The position numbers and the translations under genes were made by a program. Positions 8,470-18,652 of a stretch of DNA of 53,756 nt are shown here, one piece after another. Each line of letters begins with the position of its first letter. Position 1 is the first letter of the stretch. The notes beneath the pieces were generated by a model. The model ran no database searches. It was not told the DNA's origin and saw only the letters and a list, made by a program, of their open reading frames with translations. Origin of the DNA: a plasmid; the sequence record NZ_CP033797.1, one strand, 5' to 3'.

Positions 8470-9132
8470 TTAGATTATCCCTATTTCCTGGGCGACTAAT
8501 TCTATCTGTGCTTTTGCTGTTGTCAGACTGGAGGCGCGGCTTACATCATGTACCCCTGCCCCTTCATTGCAGGCGCTTTCAAACACATCCAATTCTGACA
8601 TGCGGTTTTTTAGTGGCTGTATCCAGACGTCGTCTGAGCGTAATAATTTATCCAGCTCAATAGCGGCTTTTCTGTGGCGTGGCTTGCTTGGGTTTATTCT
8701 GGTAAGTAGTACCCAGGGTTGCAGGGCTGCGTTTGATTTCTGAGCCATGCGGACTTTCTCGGTTACGCTCGTCAGTGTTTCACTTTCAAAGTCAGATGAC
8801 GCTTTAACCAGAGTTATCATGATATCTGACACAGTCAGTGCGCTACGGAACTCAAGGCTGTCATGTCCGGGGCAGTCAACGATCAGAACATCGCACAGCT
8901 TGCTCAGGCGGTTAATCTCTTTGCTTACATTACCGTATGCCTCGTAGACTGGTACTGTTGGGAGGCTATTCTCCCTGCGTTTTTCATTCCAGCTGATAAG
9001 GTCATTGTTCTTATCGGTTTTAAGGATGATTACCGATTTTTCTCTGTTTGCCAGCATAGATGCTGTGTTAGCCGAGTAGGTGCTTTTCCCTACCCCGCCC
9101 TTATCTGAAACCACCAGTAAAATTTTTCCCAT
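8470..9132 (-). CDS. parA: ParA/ParF-family partition ATPase
   Basis: MGKILLVVSDKGGVGKST is a deviant Walker A; 220 aa. Confidence 0.8.
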   Translation of the reverse strand: MGKILLVVSDKGGVGKSTYSANTASMLANREKSVIILKTDKNNDLISWNEKRRENSLPTVPVYEAYGNVSKEINRLSKLCDVLIVDCPGHDSLEFRSALTVSDIMITLVKASSDFESETLTSVTEKVRMAQKSNAALQPWVLLTRINPSKPRHRKAAIELDKLLRSDDVWIQPLKNRMSELDVFESACNEGAGVHDVSRASSLTTAKAQIELVAQEIGII

Positions 9133-9139
9133 TTCCGCA

Positions 9140-9300
9140 TCCTCGTATTTACGATGTAAAGCTTTTCATGTCTTTACGGTGTCTTTAACTTATAAAGATA
9201 TAGGCGTCTTTATAGTGTCTTTATACTCTTTATGTTTTACGATGTAAATAGAGTATAAAGATAAGTATGTCTTTATGTGTGCTTTACATGGTAAAGCTCA
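9140..9300. repeat. Centromere-like repeat array (GTCTTTA/TAAAGAC/GTAAAG motifs) upstream of parA
   Basis: More than 10 copies of the motif in both orientations between parA and res; a smaller set at 8385..8450 sits between parA and the RHH gene. Confidence 0.6.
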
Positions 9301-9450
9301 TTATGGCTTTACGTTTGATTTACACCGTCTTTCTGATGTAACTGTAGGTGACGTGGTCACATAATGAATCATTTCTTTGGTTCGGTTTGAGTATGCCTTT
9401 AAAATACCATGCGAAACAGGTACTATATGGTTATGCTTTAATAACCTAAA

Positions 9451-10116
9451 TTGAACTGGTTCGACATTGTGACTCATACCGTACCGCAAAGCTTTGTCCG
9501 GGCTTATTTACGCGCCACAACATCTGAACAAGACGCTTCTCGCGCACTCGCTGCGATCGATAGCTTTGCTGATGAGCGTGGCCTTAACATCTGCAATTAC
9601 TACATCGAGAATGAATCTGGTTCGCGGCTCGACCGACCGGAATTATTCAGACTGCTGAACGACTGCCGACAGAACGATATTCTCCTCATTGAAGATGTTG
9701 ATCGGCTTTCACGCTTAACTGGTGAAGACTGGAACAGCCTGAAGAAGTTGATTCGCCAGAAGGATATTCGAGTGATGGCCATCAACGTACCGACAACCTG
9801 GATTGCTTCAGCGAGCCATGATTTTGATAGTCGCATGTTTGCTGCAATCAACGATATGTTGCTTGATATGCTGGCTGCTGTGGCTCGTCGTGATTATGAA
9901 CAACGCCGGGAACGTCAAAGGCAGGGGATTAATAAAGCTCAAAAGGAGGGAAAATATAAGGGGCGTCAGGTCAATCAGGCTCGATACGATGCAATTAATC
10001 GGTTGCTCGATAGCGGTAGTTCTTGGAGCCAGGTTCAGAAAATTATGGCCTGTAGTCGAGGGACAATTAGTAGTGCTGTAAAATCGAGGGAAGATAAACG
10101 TGCTTTGAGTAAGTAG
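9451..10116 (+). CDS. res: Serine recombinase (resolvase)
   Basis: N-terminal YLRATTSEQD (resolvase Ser motif region) and C-terminal HTH; paralogous fragment at 26745..27002. Confidence 0.8.
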   Translation: MNWFDIVTHTVPQSFVRAYLRATTSEQDASRALAAIDSFADERGLNICNYYIENESGSRLDRPELFRLLNDCRQNDILLIEDVDRLSRLTGEDWNSLKKLIRQKDIRVMAINVPTTWIASASHDFDSRMFAAINDMLLDMLAAVARRDYEQRRERQRQGINKAQKEGKYKGRQVNQARYDAINRLLDSGSSWSQVQKIMACSRGTISSAVKSREDKRALSK

Positions 10117-10177
10117 TTACAACACACAAGAAAATGTCTACCCGTCCTAGCTGGTTGGCTTGTGTGATTGTTCAATA

Positions 10178-10206
10178 GGGGTCAGTTTGGATATCGAAAA
10201 TTATTG
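10178..10206 (+). repeat. Truncated Tn3-family terminal inverted repeat (first about 29 of 38 bp) abutted by IS26
   Basis: GGGGTCAGTTTGGATATCGAAAATTATTG matches the 38-bp IRs of the element at 29687..29942 (GGGGTCAGTTTGGATATAGAGAATTATTGTACGGTAAG). Confidence 0.7.
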
Positions 10207-11025
10207 GGCACTGTTGCAAAGTTAGCGATGAGGCAGCCTTTTGTCTTATTCAAAGGCCTTACATTTCAAAAACTCTGCTTACCAGGCGCATTTCGCCCAG
10301 GGGATCACCATAATAAAATGCTGAGCCCTGGCCTTTGCGTAGTGCACGCATCACCTCAATACCTTTGATGGTGGCGTAAGCCGTCTTCATGGATTTAAAT
10401 CCCAGCGTGGCGCCGATTATCCGTTTCAGTTTGCCATGATCGCATTCAATCACGTTGTTCCGGTACTTAATCTGTCGGTGTTCAACGTCAGACGGGCACC
10501 GGCCTTCGCGTTTGAGCAGAGCAAGCGCGCGACCATAGGCGGGCGCTTTATCCGTGTTGATGAATCGCGGGATCTGCCACTTCTTCACGTTGTTGAGGAT
10601 TTTACCCAGAAACCGGTATGCAGCTTTGCTGTTACGACGGGAGGAGAGATAAAAATCGACAGTGCGGCCCCGGCTGTCGACGGCCCGGTACAGATACGCC
10701 CAGCGGCCATTGACCTTCACGTAGGTTTCATCCATGTGCCACGGGCAAAGATCGGAAGGGTTACGCCAGTACCAGCGCAGCCGTTTTTCCATTTCAGGCG
10801 CATAACGCTGAACCCAGCGGTAAATCGTGGAGTGATCGACATTCACTCCGCGTTCAGCCAGCATCTCCTGCAGCTCACGGTAACTGATGCCGTATTTGCA
10901 GTACCAGCGTACGGCCCACAGAATGATGTCACGCTGAAAATGCCGGCCTTTGAATGGGTTCATGTGCAGCTCCATCAGCAAAAGGGGATGATAAGTTTAT
11001 CACCACCGACTATTTGCAACAGTGC
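10207..11025 (-). mobile_element. IS26 (IS6 family)
   Basis: Terminal IRs GGCACTGTTGCAAA at both ends, about 820 bp; encodes Tnp26. Confidence 0.95.
10259..10963 (-). CDS. tnpA: IS26 transposase Tnp26
   Basis: MNPFKGRHFQRDIILWAVRWYCKYGISYRELQEMLAERGVNVDHSTIYRWVQRYAPEMEKRLRWYW... recognised. Confidence 0.95.
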   Translation of the reverse strand: MNPFKGRHFQRDIILWAVRWYCKYGISYRELQEMLAERGVNVDHSTIYRWVQRYAPEMEKRLRWYWRNPSDLCPWHMDETYVKVNGRWAYLYRAVDSRGRTVDFYLSSRRNSKAAYRFLGKILNNVKKWQIPRFINTDKAPAYGRALALLKREGRCPSDVEHRQIKYRNNVIECDHGKLKRIIGATLGFKSMKTAYATIKGIEVMRALRKGQGSAFYYGDPLGEMRLVSRVFEM

Positions 11026-11166
11026 CCGCTCGATTACGCTGATTGCAGCTCAAGTCGGCTACGAAAGTCCTTCGGCGCTGTCTCGCGCATTTAGACGCAA
11101 GACGGGGTTGAGCCCTCGTGACTGGTTGAAAGATCTGGCGGGGGAAAATGATGGCAAAAAGGCCTA
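11026..11166 (+). pseudogene. 3' fragment of an AraC/XylS-family regulator gene truncated by IS26
   Basis: Reads ...VGYESPSALSRAFRRKTGLSPRDWLK... (second AraC HTH) starting exactly at the IS26 end. Confidence 0.65.
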
Positions 11167-11196
11167 AGGCATTACTGCCTTAAGCCATTGAAAAAA

Positions 11197-11715
11197 TTAT
11201 GCATTAATTTTACGTTTTTCCAGTTCAACCAGCGAATGGCCTGCCACAAATATCGAAACAGCAAGCAACCCTAAGTCTTTAAGCAGAAACTGACCTGGCG
11301 CAACGGAAATCGCCGGAAACCCTAAACTAGGCTCAATGACGCCCGGAGTGGAAAACATAAAGCTAAGGGTTGTGAAGAACAGGCCTGCAGACAGAGCGCC
11401 TCCTACCACGGATAGTTTGGGCGACAGCATGCGGCCTGCGATCAGAGTGCCGATCGAAATCTCTAGTATGCCGAGCAGGCTGGAGAACATGTCGACCGAA
11501 AAAATGCTATACACCCATCCCAAAAGCGGGCTGTTGCTCACCAGTGGAACCAGGCCCTCGGCCTCGTAGTGGGTAAATTTCATGCCGCCGAACCAGAAGT
11601 AAATAATAGCGAGAGCCAAGTACGCGCCATAGATACCTAGCCCCATAGTTTTGGTTCCAAGCGTTAAGTGGGCCTGTACGCTGGACTTCGAGTTTTCAAT
11701 GCCTATGGTTTTCAT
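11197..11715 (-). CDS. Inner-membrane protein, DUF417/DoxX-like (172 aa)
   Basis: Four predicted transmembrane segments; FWFGGMKF motif. Confidence 0.45.
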   Translation of the reverse strand: MKTIGIENSKSSVQAHLTLGTKTMGLGIYGAYLALAIIYFWFGGMKFTHYEAEGLVPLVSNSPLLGWVYSIFSVDMFSSLLGILEISIGTLIAGRMLSPKLSVVGGALSAGLFFTTLSFMFSTPGVIEPSLGFPAISVAPGQFLLKDLGLLAVSIFVAGHSLVELEKRKINA

Positions 11716-12445
11716 GTCTGAGCTTCCAGTAGTGAGTGAGAGTGTGTTGGCTGCCGAACGCCGTATGCGTTGGCGATGAGATTATTATGGCTGGCATCTC
11801 TAATCAAGAGGCATCAGAAAGTATTGATTTCAGTGCAGATCGTCTTGGGCGGTGCAATTCGCGATGAAGGGATCGCCGTGGAGAGCGATGAGTGCACTAT
11901 TTCGATAAAGGAGTCGTTTTACATAGGTCGATGAAGCGCGTTGCGGCATCGCCTACTGTCATTTCTCAAATCTGACTATGGGGCTTGGGGCGAAGGGCGG
12001 CACTGACTAGGCTTAGAACAGCTACCAACTAGCCGCGCGGCCGCGATGCACAAAGAATGGTAACTGAGCCGTGAGTGCGGTGGGCGCCCGCATTTATTTC
12101 CAAACCCTACAGATACATCGATCTTCGACTTCAACCGGGCAGATAGCTGTTGCAGCAAGCCTATCAATCGACTTTGACGTGTTAAAGAGGATAGGTTTTC
12201 CAGGGTTGGGGAACAGCATGCCCTGCAGAACGACACACGTCACTTTTGTTAAATTAATAAGCTAGCTACCTATTGGGCATAACCTTGCAATTTGCTTCAA
12301 TTTACGCACATGCACTTGCGACCTCAAAATGCAACGTAAGCCCCGAATATCTCCATTATTGTCGCCGCCAGCCTTAGTTACAGCTGCTATGATGAATGAG
12401 ATCGAAAACTGAAATCCCCCACTAGAATTGTTGACTGGAGTCAAA

Positions 12446-12820
12446 ATGAATAAAAAGCGGCCGGTTAATCTTGATATTCGAACCATTCAGCTTCCTCTCA
12501 CGGCGCTTACATCGATTCTGCACCGGATTTCAGGAATTATGCTCTTTATTTTTCTGGGACTGATACTGTATATGCTGAGCAAATCGTTGGAGTCAGAAAA
12601 GGGTTTTAATGAAGTCAAGGAGATTTTTTCTTCACCTTTCGGCAAAGTTAGTTTCTGGTTGGTATACTCTTCATTTATTTATCATCTCGTAGCCGGAATT
12701 CGACACCTAGTTATGGATGTGGGTGTTGGTCATACTTTGAAAGGCAGCAATCGCGCCTCTACTATTGTTTTAGTAGTGTCGGGTGTTTTAATGGTTGCTG
12801 GCGCCGTATGGATTTGGTAG
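12446..12820 (+). CDS. sdhC: Succinate dehydrogenase cytochrome b556 subunit SdhC, orphan (no sdhD/A/B follows)
   Basis: MNKKRPVNLDIRTIQLPLTALTSILHRISG...HLVAGIRHLVMD matches E. coli SdhC (MIRNVKKQRPVNLDLQTIRFPITAIASILHRVSG...HVVVGIRHMMMD). Confidence 0.8.
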   Translation: MNKKRPVNLDIRTIQLPLTALTSILHRISGIMLFIFLGLILYMLSKSLESEKGFNEVKEIFSSPFGKVSFWLVYSSFIYHLVAGIRHLVMDVGVGHTLKGSNRASTIVLVVSGVLMVAGAVWIW

Positions 12821-13172
12821 CTGTGGAGTCGTAATGCGTATTTACAAGGACTAAAAGCGTCCTTTAAAGCTAACTTACGAAAGTATTTATAATCGACGGT
12901 TCACGCTTAAACGGTTGAATCCTTTCGGGCTTCCGAATAGCTGTTAGCTGAAAGCTATCATGAGCTAAGTTTTCTGTGCATCATCAAATGTGTTAATGGG
13001 AGCGCCATAGTACTAGGTACAAATATGGCTCTAGGACAATGTTAGATGTTTTGGATTTTGAGGCGGATCGCTCTTATCGAAGATCGTCTAATTCGCTCTG
13101 AAGCGCAGGTTTTTTGAAACTATCACCTGGTTGGCACACTGTGCGAATCAACATCAGATATGAGAAAGCCAA

Positions 13173-13499
13173 TCAGGTGAACACTACCCTCGAGGGCTCA
13201 TCTGTCCAGTTAAAGCCTCGAGTCTTTCTGGGTGCGCAAAAGACAAGAAGGTTATATGGGAAAATTATGAGGCCTGGATACCATGCGTCATGGGCGTGCC
13301 GATGCTGTGAGTGACAGAGCGAGAAGCAAGTGAAAGTCCCTGAAGTAGGGGCGGGATGCGCCCGAGTGGCATTTTTTGTCTTAAGGTAGATCGCGTAGCT
13401 GTTCTTCAGAATAATCTTCAGAGCGTTGACGACAGCCATCGCTGTGCATTCCTCAAGAATAGAATGTGTCGGAAGGGTGGCGTCATTGGTGTTAGTCAT
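13173..13499 (-). pseudogene. Possible dps-like (ferritin-like DNA-protection) remnant, frameshifted
   Basis: N-terminus ...VNALKIILKNSYAIYLKTKNA resembles the Dps helix (LN.LLAD...LYLKTHNFHW); the rest of the frame is degenerate. Confidence 0.25.
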
Positions 13500-13680
13500 C
13501 GCTTAGGATTTCTCAATCTGGCTTACACGGGCGCCTGTACCGATATCCCCGCGGATGGCGACGTATCGATGTTGAATTCCTCGCCAGACGAAGTGCAATG
13601 AGCTGCGGCTATAGGCTTGCGCAGCCTTAGATAGCCGGCCGTCGCAGGCGCGCCGGTTGGCCGGGATCTTCTTCTGCCCG

Positions 13681-13956
13681 TCAGGTGTCCGGTCGGAACT
13701 CCAGCACGAACGCTACGACCTTTTCGGCGGACATTTCGCACGGCTTCAACAATGTCCTATCTGATGTAACGCGGAAGAGGTTGAAGCTGACAATGTCAGT
13801 CCCGTCCAACTCCCTGGCGAACAGACTGTTGCGACGTCCGTCCCCAGATCGCCGGACGATCAAGCTGAAACGCCGGCCTTCATAAGTCCCTTCTCTGTAT
13901 CCCTCCGCAAGCTTCGCGAAAGCGGCATCGAACTCGGAATGCTCCATGTCATCCAT
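13681..13956 (-). CDS. Hypothetical protein (91 aa)
   Basis: ORF in the high-GC island; no motif recognised. Confidence 0.35.
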   Translation of the reverse strand: MDDMEHSEFDAAFAKLAEGYREGTYEGRRFSLIVRRSGDGRRNSLFARELDGTDIVSFNLFRVTSDRTLLKPCEMSAEKVVAFVLEFRPDT

Positions 13957-14116
13957 CCTTATTGATAGAACAGAGGCGCGGCGGGTGCGAGACCGCCAGT
14001 GCCGGGTCGCGCTAAGGTGCCGGGCAGATTCCTGCAGCCGACGAGGCCCGGGGTGGGCAGGATAATTGAGATGTCGGCGCCCGCATGGCTATCAGCGAAG
14101 TCGTCCGTCCAGTCTG

Positions 14117-14398
14117 CTAGGCAACGTCCACGCCTTTCCAGAAAGCGATGTAATCCCGGATACCCTCGGCATCCGGAGTGGGGGCGGGATAGGTCCAAGC
14201 GGCGTTCACGTTGAGCGCGTCACCCGCGCGAACATGAAAGAAGCGCGCGGCGCCTTTGATCGGACAGACAGATGTGTGCGGGCTCATCTCAAGCAGGCTC
14301 AGGTCGACTCCTGACGGTGGGAAGTAGTGATTTCCCTCGACGATGACTGTTTCGTCGCTTGTGGCGATAGTAGTGTCTTTCCAGATGGCTGAGACCAA
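14117..14398 (-). CDS. DUF427-family protein
   Basis: Size (93 aa) and the pattern ...IVEGNHYFPP...AWTYP... are typical of DUF427. Confidence 0.45.
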   Translation of the reverse strand: MVSAIWKDTTIATSDETVIVEGNHYFPPSGVDLSLLEMSPHTSVCPIKGAARFFHVRAGDALNVNAAWTYPAPTPDAEGIRDYIAFWKGVDVA

Positions 14399-14465
14399 CG
14401 GACTCTCCTTTTGTATTCATCAACCGGCGAAGGCTCGCGGGCTGGCTGCCCCAAGCCGCACCTCC

Positions 14466-14738
14466 TCAGGTGGCAGGCGGGTTGCGCCCGAGAAGTTTGT
14501 CGAGCTCGCCTCTGACATCGAGCGCGAATAGCTCATCGGAGCCACCGATAAGGGTGCCATTGATGAAGATCTGCGGCACGGAGCTTCGCCCCGACGCTTC
14601 CGCCATGGCCTGCCGGTGAGCCGGATCCGCCTCAATATCGAGCTCCTTCCATCGCACGCCCTTTTCCTTGAGGAGCGCCTTCGCTCGGCGGCAGAACGGG
14701 CACCAATTCGTGGTGTACAGCAATACATCAGTTGTCAT
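14466..14738 (-). CDS. grxC: Glutaredoxin 3
   Basis: YTTNWCPFCRRAKALL carries a CPFC active site; ...SVPQIFINGTLIGG. Confidence 0.85.
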   Translation of the reverse strand: MTTDVLLYTTNWCPFCRRAKALLKEKGVRWKELDIEADPAHRQAMAEASGRSSVPQIFINGTLIGGSDELFALDVRGELDKLLGRNPPAT

Positions 14739-15191
14739 ATTGCATCTCCGGCAGTTGCACGCGGATCGCTGTCATGGCGTTGATCTCCAATTCGCGGCGT
14801 TCAAAGATGGCGACTGCACCTTGGCCGACATCGGAGCAGATGCTGACGATTGGCCGCTATCCAGGCGACATGGCCCAAAGTGCTTTCACCGCCAGGCAGA
14901 GGCCGCACGCGCCTCCTGTAGCGCCGAGCCGATGCTCTAAGGTAACCGAGCCTCGATTGGGACGGAAGCGGTCCCGCTCGAATCGCCCATCATGCTGGTC
15001 GAGCATATCAGGACGACGGATAGTGCAGGAACTTTCAAATTGAGCTTGATGTCGAGCCAGGTATCGCGAGCGAAGGCGTTCTAGAGGCCGGGGGGTACGA
15101 AGACTGTGTTCGGCAAAACGGTTCACGTTGATCGCCAAAGCTTCCCAGGGCGCACGTCTACGATCGGCGCGACGTGAGATAGCTCGCGCCG

Positions 15192-15938
15192 CTAGCCCCC
15201 GTAGCGCTCCGTCTTGATGATGGAGGCGTCCAAGCCCGCCAGCAGCGCGCTATCGGTTGCGATGTTGACGAATCCGTTAGACCCGCAGACGAACACTTGC
15301 GTCGGCTTTCCCTGAAGCCTGGTTAGAATTTCTTGGACCATCATGCCGTCGATCCGTCGCGCAAAGTCCGATGCGCGAACCGGTTTCTCGCGCGTAATCG
15401 CGAGCGCCAGGACGAACGCCGGATCGCTGATTTCGATGCAATGAAGTTCTTCTGAGAAGAGAACGTCCTCGGCGGTTCGTGCGGACAGGAGCAACGCTGT
15501 CGGAACGGCTTGGGCCAATGCGCGGCGCTGCCGGATCATTGCCATCAACGGCACGAGGCCGGAGCCTCCCCCGATCAACAGAACCGGATCTATGGCAGGC
15601 TCAGGCCAAAGGAAATGGCCACCGAGCGGACCGCGAACTTCGATTTCGTCACCAATCGCCGCGATGTCGTGAAAAAACGGCGAAACTTCGGCATCCGGCA
15701 TGCGCTCGATAGCTATCTCGACGATCGGGGTCGAAACTGCCGATGACGCGATCGAGTAGCTGCGCATTGCACTGTAGCCGTCGGGCGCGGTCAGCCGGAT
15801 ATCGACGTGCTGACCTGCGGTGTGCGCGAACGGCTTGCTCAACCGAAGGAAGAAGCTCTTGATACTCGGTGTTTGCTGGATGATGTCGTCGATCACGCAT
15901 GATTGCCACGAACGGACTTGCGCTTCGTTTTCAGTCAT
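15192..15938 (-). CDS. FAD/NAD(P)-binding oxidoreductase (ferredoxin-reductase-like), partner of the molybdoenzyme
   Basis: RSYSIAS (FAD RxYS motif) and GGSGLVPLMAMIR (NAD-binding) motifs; start MTENEAQ overlaps the upstream gene stop (ATGA). Confidence 0.7.
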   Translation of the reverse strand: MTENEAQVRSWQSCVIDDIIQQTPSIKSFFLRLSKPFAHTAGQHVDIRLTAPDGYSAMRSYSIASSAVSTPIVEIAIERMPDAEVSPFFHDIAAIGDEIEVRGPLGGHFLWPEPAIDPVLLIGGGSGLVPLMAMIRQRRALAQAVPTALLLSARTAEDVLFSEELHCIEISDPAFVLALAITREKPVRASDFARRIDGMMVQEILTRLQGKPTQVFVCGSNGFVNIATDSALLAGLDASIIKTERYGG

Positions 15939-16578
15939 GGGTGTATCGTTGTTCGCGCCACGGATCGCCGTAGATGTGATAGCCGTGCAGCTCCCAAAAG
16001 CCGGCCTCGTCACGCGTCGTGAATTGCAGCGCATTCACCCATTTGGCGGATTTCCAGAAGTAAAGGTGCGGCACTAGAAGACGCGCCGGCCCCCCATGAT
16101 CGCGGGAAAGTGGCTTGCCCGCATAACTGAGGGCGACCATCGCTTTCCCGGAAAGCAGATCCGTCAGAGGGACGTTTGTCGAATAATTATCGTAGCAGTG
16201 CGCCAAGACGAAATCGGTAGGCCGATCAAGCTCTGCATCTGCAAGGATGTCTTCAATGAGTACACCCTCCCAAACGGTATCCAGTTTGGACCAAGAGGTG
16301 ACGCAGTGAATATCCTTTGTCACCTGGGTCTTTGGTAGAGTGTTGAATTCGCCCCAATTCCACGTTTTGACGGGCTTCGGACCAATTTTGACTGTGAATT
16401 TCCAGTCGGAGGGCTCTACCCTCGGCGTAGGGCCGGCCGACAGAACAGGGAAATCCTCCACCAGATGCTGACCTGGCGGAATCCGATCGGACTGGTCGCC
16501 TGAACCGCGACCGGTGAAACCTCTGGTGACCATAGTGACCCCTCTTGCTCGATACGGCAGACCGAAGCCGGCCTTCAT
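15931..16578 (-). CDS. Sulfite-oxidase-like molybdopterin-dependent oxidoreductase (MsrP/YedY-like catalytic subunit)
   Basis: ...HCVTSWSKLDTVWEGV...GGPARLLVPHLYFWKSAKWV is an Mo-co oxidoreductase fold. Confidence 0.65.
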   Translation of the reverse strand: MKAGFGLPYRARGVTMVTRGFTGRGSGDQSDRIPPGQHLVEDFPVLSAGPTPRVEPSDWKFTVKIGPKPVKTWNWGEFNTLPKTQVTKDIHCVTSWSKLDTVWEGVLIEDILADAELDRPTDFVLAHCYDNYSTNVPLTDLLSGKAMVALSYAGKPLSRDHGGPARLLVPHLYFWKSAKWVNALQFTTRDEAGFWELHGYHIYGDPWREQRYTHD

Positions 16579-16988
16579 TTCAGTACTCTGCGTAAAGCAT
16601 TTGCCCGCACATCCGCCGAATAAGCCAATCGACTAAAAATCAGATACAGATGCTCTATCATCGTAAAAAATCGCGTATCGAACATAGCGTCAGGCCAGCA
16701 TGATTCCCAATACCCAATGGCTATAGGGTAGATAACCCCAAGGCTGCGTACGCTGATCTGCGGTATGCGGAGCGGAAGTTGCAGGTTCGCTCTCAAACGG
16801 ATGGGCAGCGTGCAAAGCTCAAGGCTCACCAGCGCATGGTTGCCCAGTTCGCGCTCGCCGGCAGCTTGAGTATATTAAGGACGAAATGTCGATCTGATCT
16901 ATTCTGGCTTCAGGAAATAGGGAAAATAAGGTCGGACGTTCGCGCACCGTCGCGACGCGCGATCATCCACTAAGCTTCTGTATCGGGG

Positions 16989-17471
16989 TTGGAGGATCAG
17001 ATGAACGAGATCGAACGACAAGCGCCTGAGCTGCGGGTGCAAAAATGGATTGGCAAAGATGGGGAAAGTATCGCGCCGTTCAAACTGTCAGATATCGGGC
17101 CCGGCCCGAAAATCTTGTTTGCCTTCCAGCATTGGTGCCAAGGTTGCCATTTGCATGGGTTTCCGACGCTACAAAAGTTGCATGCAGCGTTGAGCTCAAA
17201 AGACGTGGGGTTCGCAGTGATCCAGACCGTCTTCGAAGGAACGCATGAGAATACCTTCGAGAAGTTGCGCGTGAACCAGCTCAAGTATGAGCTTCCTATC
17301 GTTTTCGGTCACGACGAGCAACCGACCGGCTCGCCGTTTCCAACCTTCATGGAAGACTACCGCACACGAGGAACTCCGTGGTTTACGGTTATCGACGCTG
17401 GCGGTAGCATTGTTTTCTCGGACTTCCATCTCGACGCGGAGCGACTAGTGAAGCAACTTGAGCAAGGTTAA
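16989..17471 (+). CDS. TlpA/redoxin-family thiol-disulfide oxidoreductase
   Basis: FQHWCQGCHL carries the CxxC motif; thioredoxin-fold length. Confidence 0.65.
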   Translation: MEDQMNEIERQAPELRVQKWIGKDGESIAPFKLSDIGPGPKILFAFQHWCQGCHLHGFPTLQKLHAALSSKDVGFAVIQTVFEGTHENTFEKLRVNQLKYELPIVFGHDEQPTGSPFPTFMEDYRTRGTPWFTVIDAGGSIVFSDFHLDAERLVKQLEQG

Positions 17472-17796
17472 TCGTTGGAAGGTGGGCAATCATCCTGATT
17501 GCCACCCATCCCCTGATGCCCACTACAGGCGTTGCGCGCTGTAACTCTGTTGATCAGCGTGCGAAAACCCGGATCCGGATAGGAGGAGCGTCAACGATTG
17601 AATCAATCCGTTGGGAGAGGGCGGCTCCGCTCCGTCAGCTCGGCAATAGATAACCCATTCTCGCCGAGCAACTCTCTGATCCGATCGACGATATGAGCCC
17701 CTAGCGCCGCTGTCTTGGTCCCCCCCACAGATTCCCAAGATGCGAGTTCACACGCCGATACCTCGTGGTCAGCGCCGAAGTGCTTCTGTCGGTATG

Positions 17797-18102
17797 TCAC
17801 CGCCGCCCTTCAATGATAAAGGCGCGGTAACGGGAACCGGCAAAGCGTTGAGCAGCGATGGTTTGGTAGGCGGGACTGTCATACCAGTCGCGAGCGGCCT
17901 GCATCGTCGGGAAACGCAAGATTACGGCCCCTTCGATGGGCGGCCCCTCCAAATGCTGGATCGCGCCATAAGCGGCGAGAAAGGTAACGTCGTGACCATC
18001 GAACGATGGTCCGACGCCTGCAGAATAGGTTGCGAGTGCATGTGGGTCGCTGGTTTCTTCCCGCGTAAAGACGACGAACGCTTCCATCATTAGGCCTCTC
18101 AA
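17797..18102 (-). CDS. DUF1330-family protein
   Basis: About 100 aa with the characteristic ...ILRFPTMQAARDWYDSPAYQ... pattern. Confidence 0.5.
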   Translation of the reverse strand: MRGLMMEAFVVFTREETSDPHALATYSAGVGPSFDGHDVTFLAAYGAIQHLEGPPIEGAVILRFPTMQAARDWYDSPAYQTIAAQRFAGSRYRAFIIEGRR

Positions 18103-18148
18103 AGGTTGGATCTGTTGGCCATTACCACCGGTGATGGCCTCACAGTCG

Positions 18149-18580
18149 TCAGGCTGGCAACTGGAACCCGATTTTCATGAGTGCCTCGACGCACGCATCC
18201 TGATCCTGCTGATAGTTGCCTCCGGAGATGCCTATGCCGCCGATCAACTTCCCATCCTCCAGAATCGGATAACCGCCGCCGACAGCGACCATCCGAGGGC
18301 GATAGGCTAGCGGCGCCACTTTTGGATCGTTGGTCACATAGTCGTTCCAGACATGGGTCGGGAACCCAAACGAGGCGGAACTCCAGGCCTTGTCGATGGC
18401 AACATCGACGGTAAGGAACGGCGCATCGTCGGTGCGCTCGAACGCGCGCAGGTTACCGGTGGCGTCGACGACGGCGACGGCAGCCGGGATGCCGATGGCA
18501 CGGGCCGCAGCGAGCGCCGCGTCGATGAGGGCGACTGCGGTTTCGCGGTTGATCGAGGCGGTGGCAATAGATTTGGTCAT
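18149..18580 (-). CDS. GlcG/HbpS-like (DUF336) heme-binding protein
   Basis: GGGYPILEDGKLIGGIGISGG signature. Confidence 0.65.
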   Translation of the reverse strand: MTKSIATASINRETAVALIDAALAAARAIGIPAAVAVVDATGNLRAFERTDDAPFLTVDVAIDKAWSSASFGFPTHVWNDYVTNDPKVAPLAYRPRMVAVGGGYPILEDGKLIGGIGISGGNYQQDQDACVEALMKIGFQLPA

Positions 18581-18652
18581 GGGATTCTCATCGCTGGGGC
18601 ATAACCCGTTCGGCTTTTTGAGGTTGGACAAGATGTTTGGCGATCGCGGTCG

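Noticed and set aside
10436-11167. 243-aa plus-strand ORF across IS26
   Set aside because: Most of it is antisense to the IS26 tnp gene. Only the last 47 codons, past the IS end, represent a real (truncated AraC-family) gene.
17603-17800. 65-aa ORF between the TlpA-like and DUF1330 genes
   Set aside because: It has no motif, weak start context and lies in a GC-rich region, so it is left uncalled.
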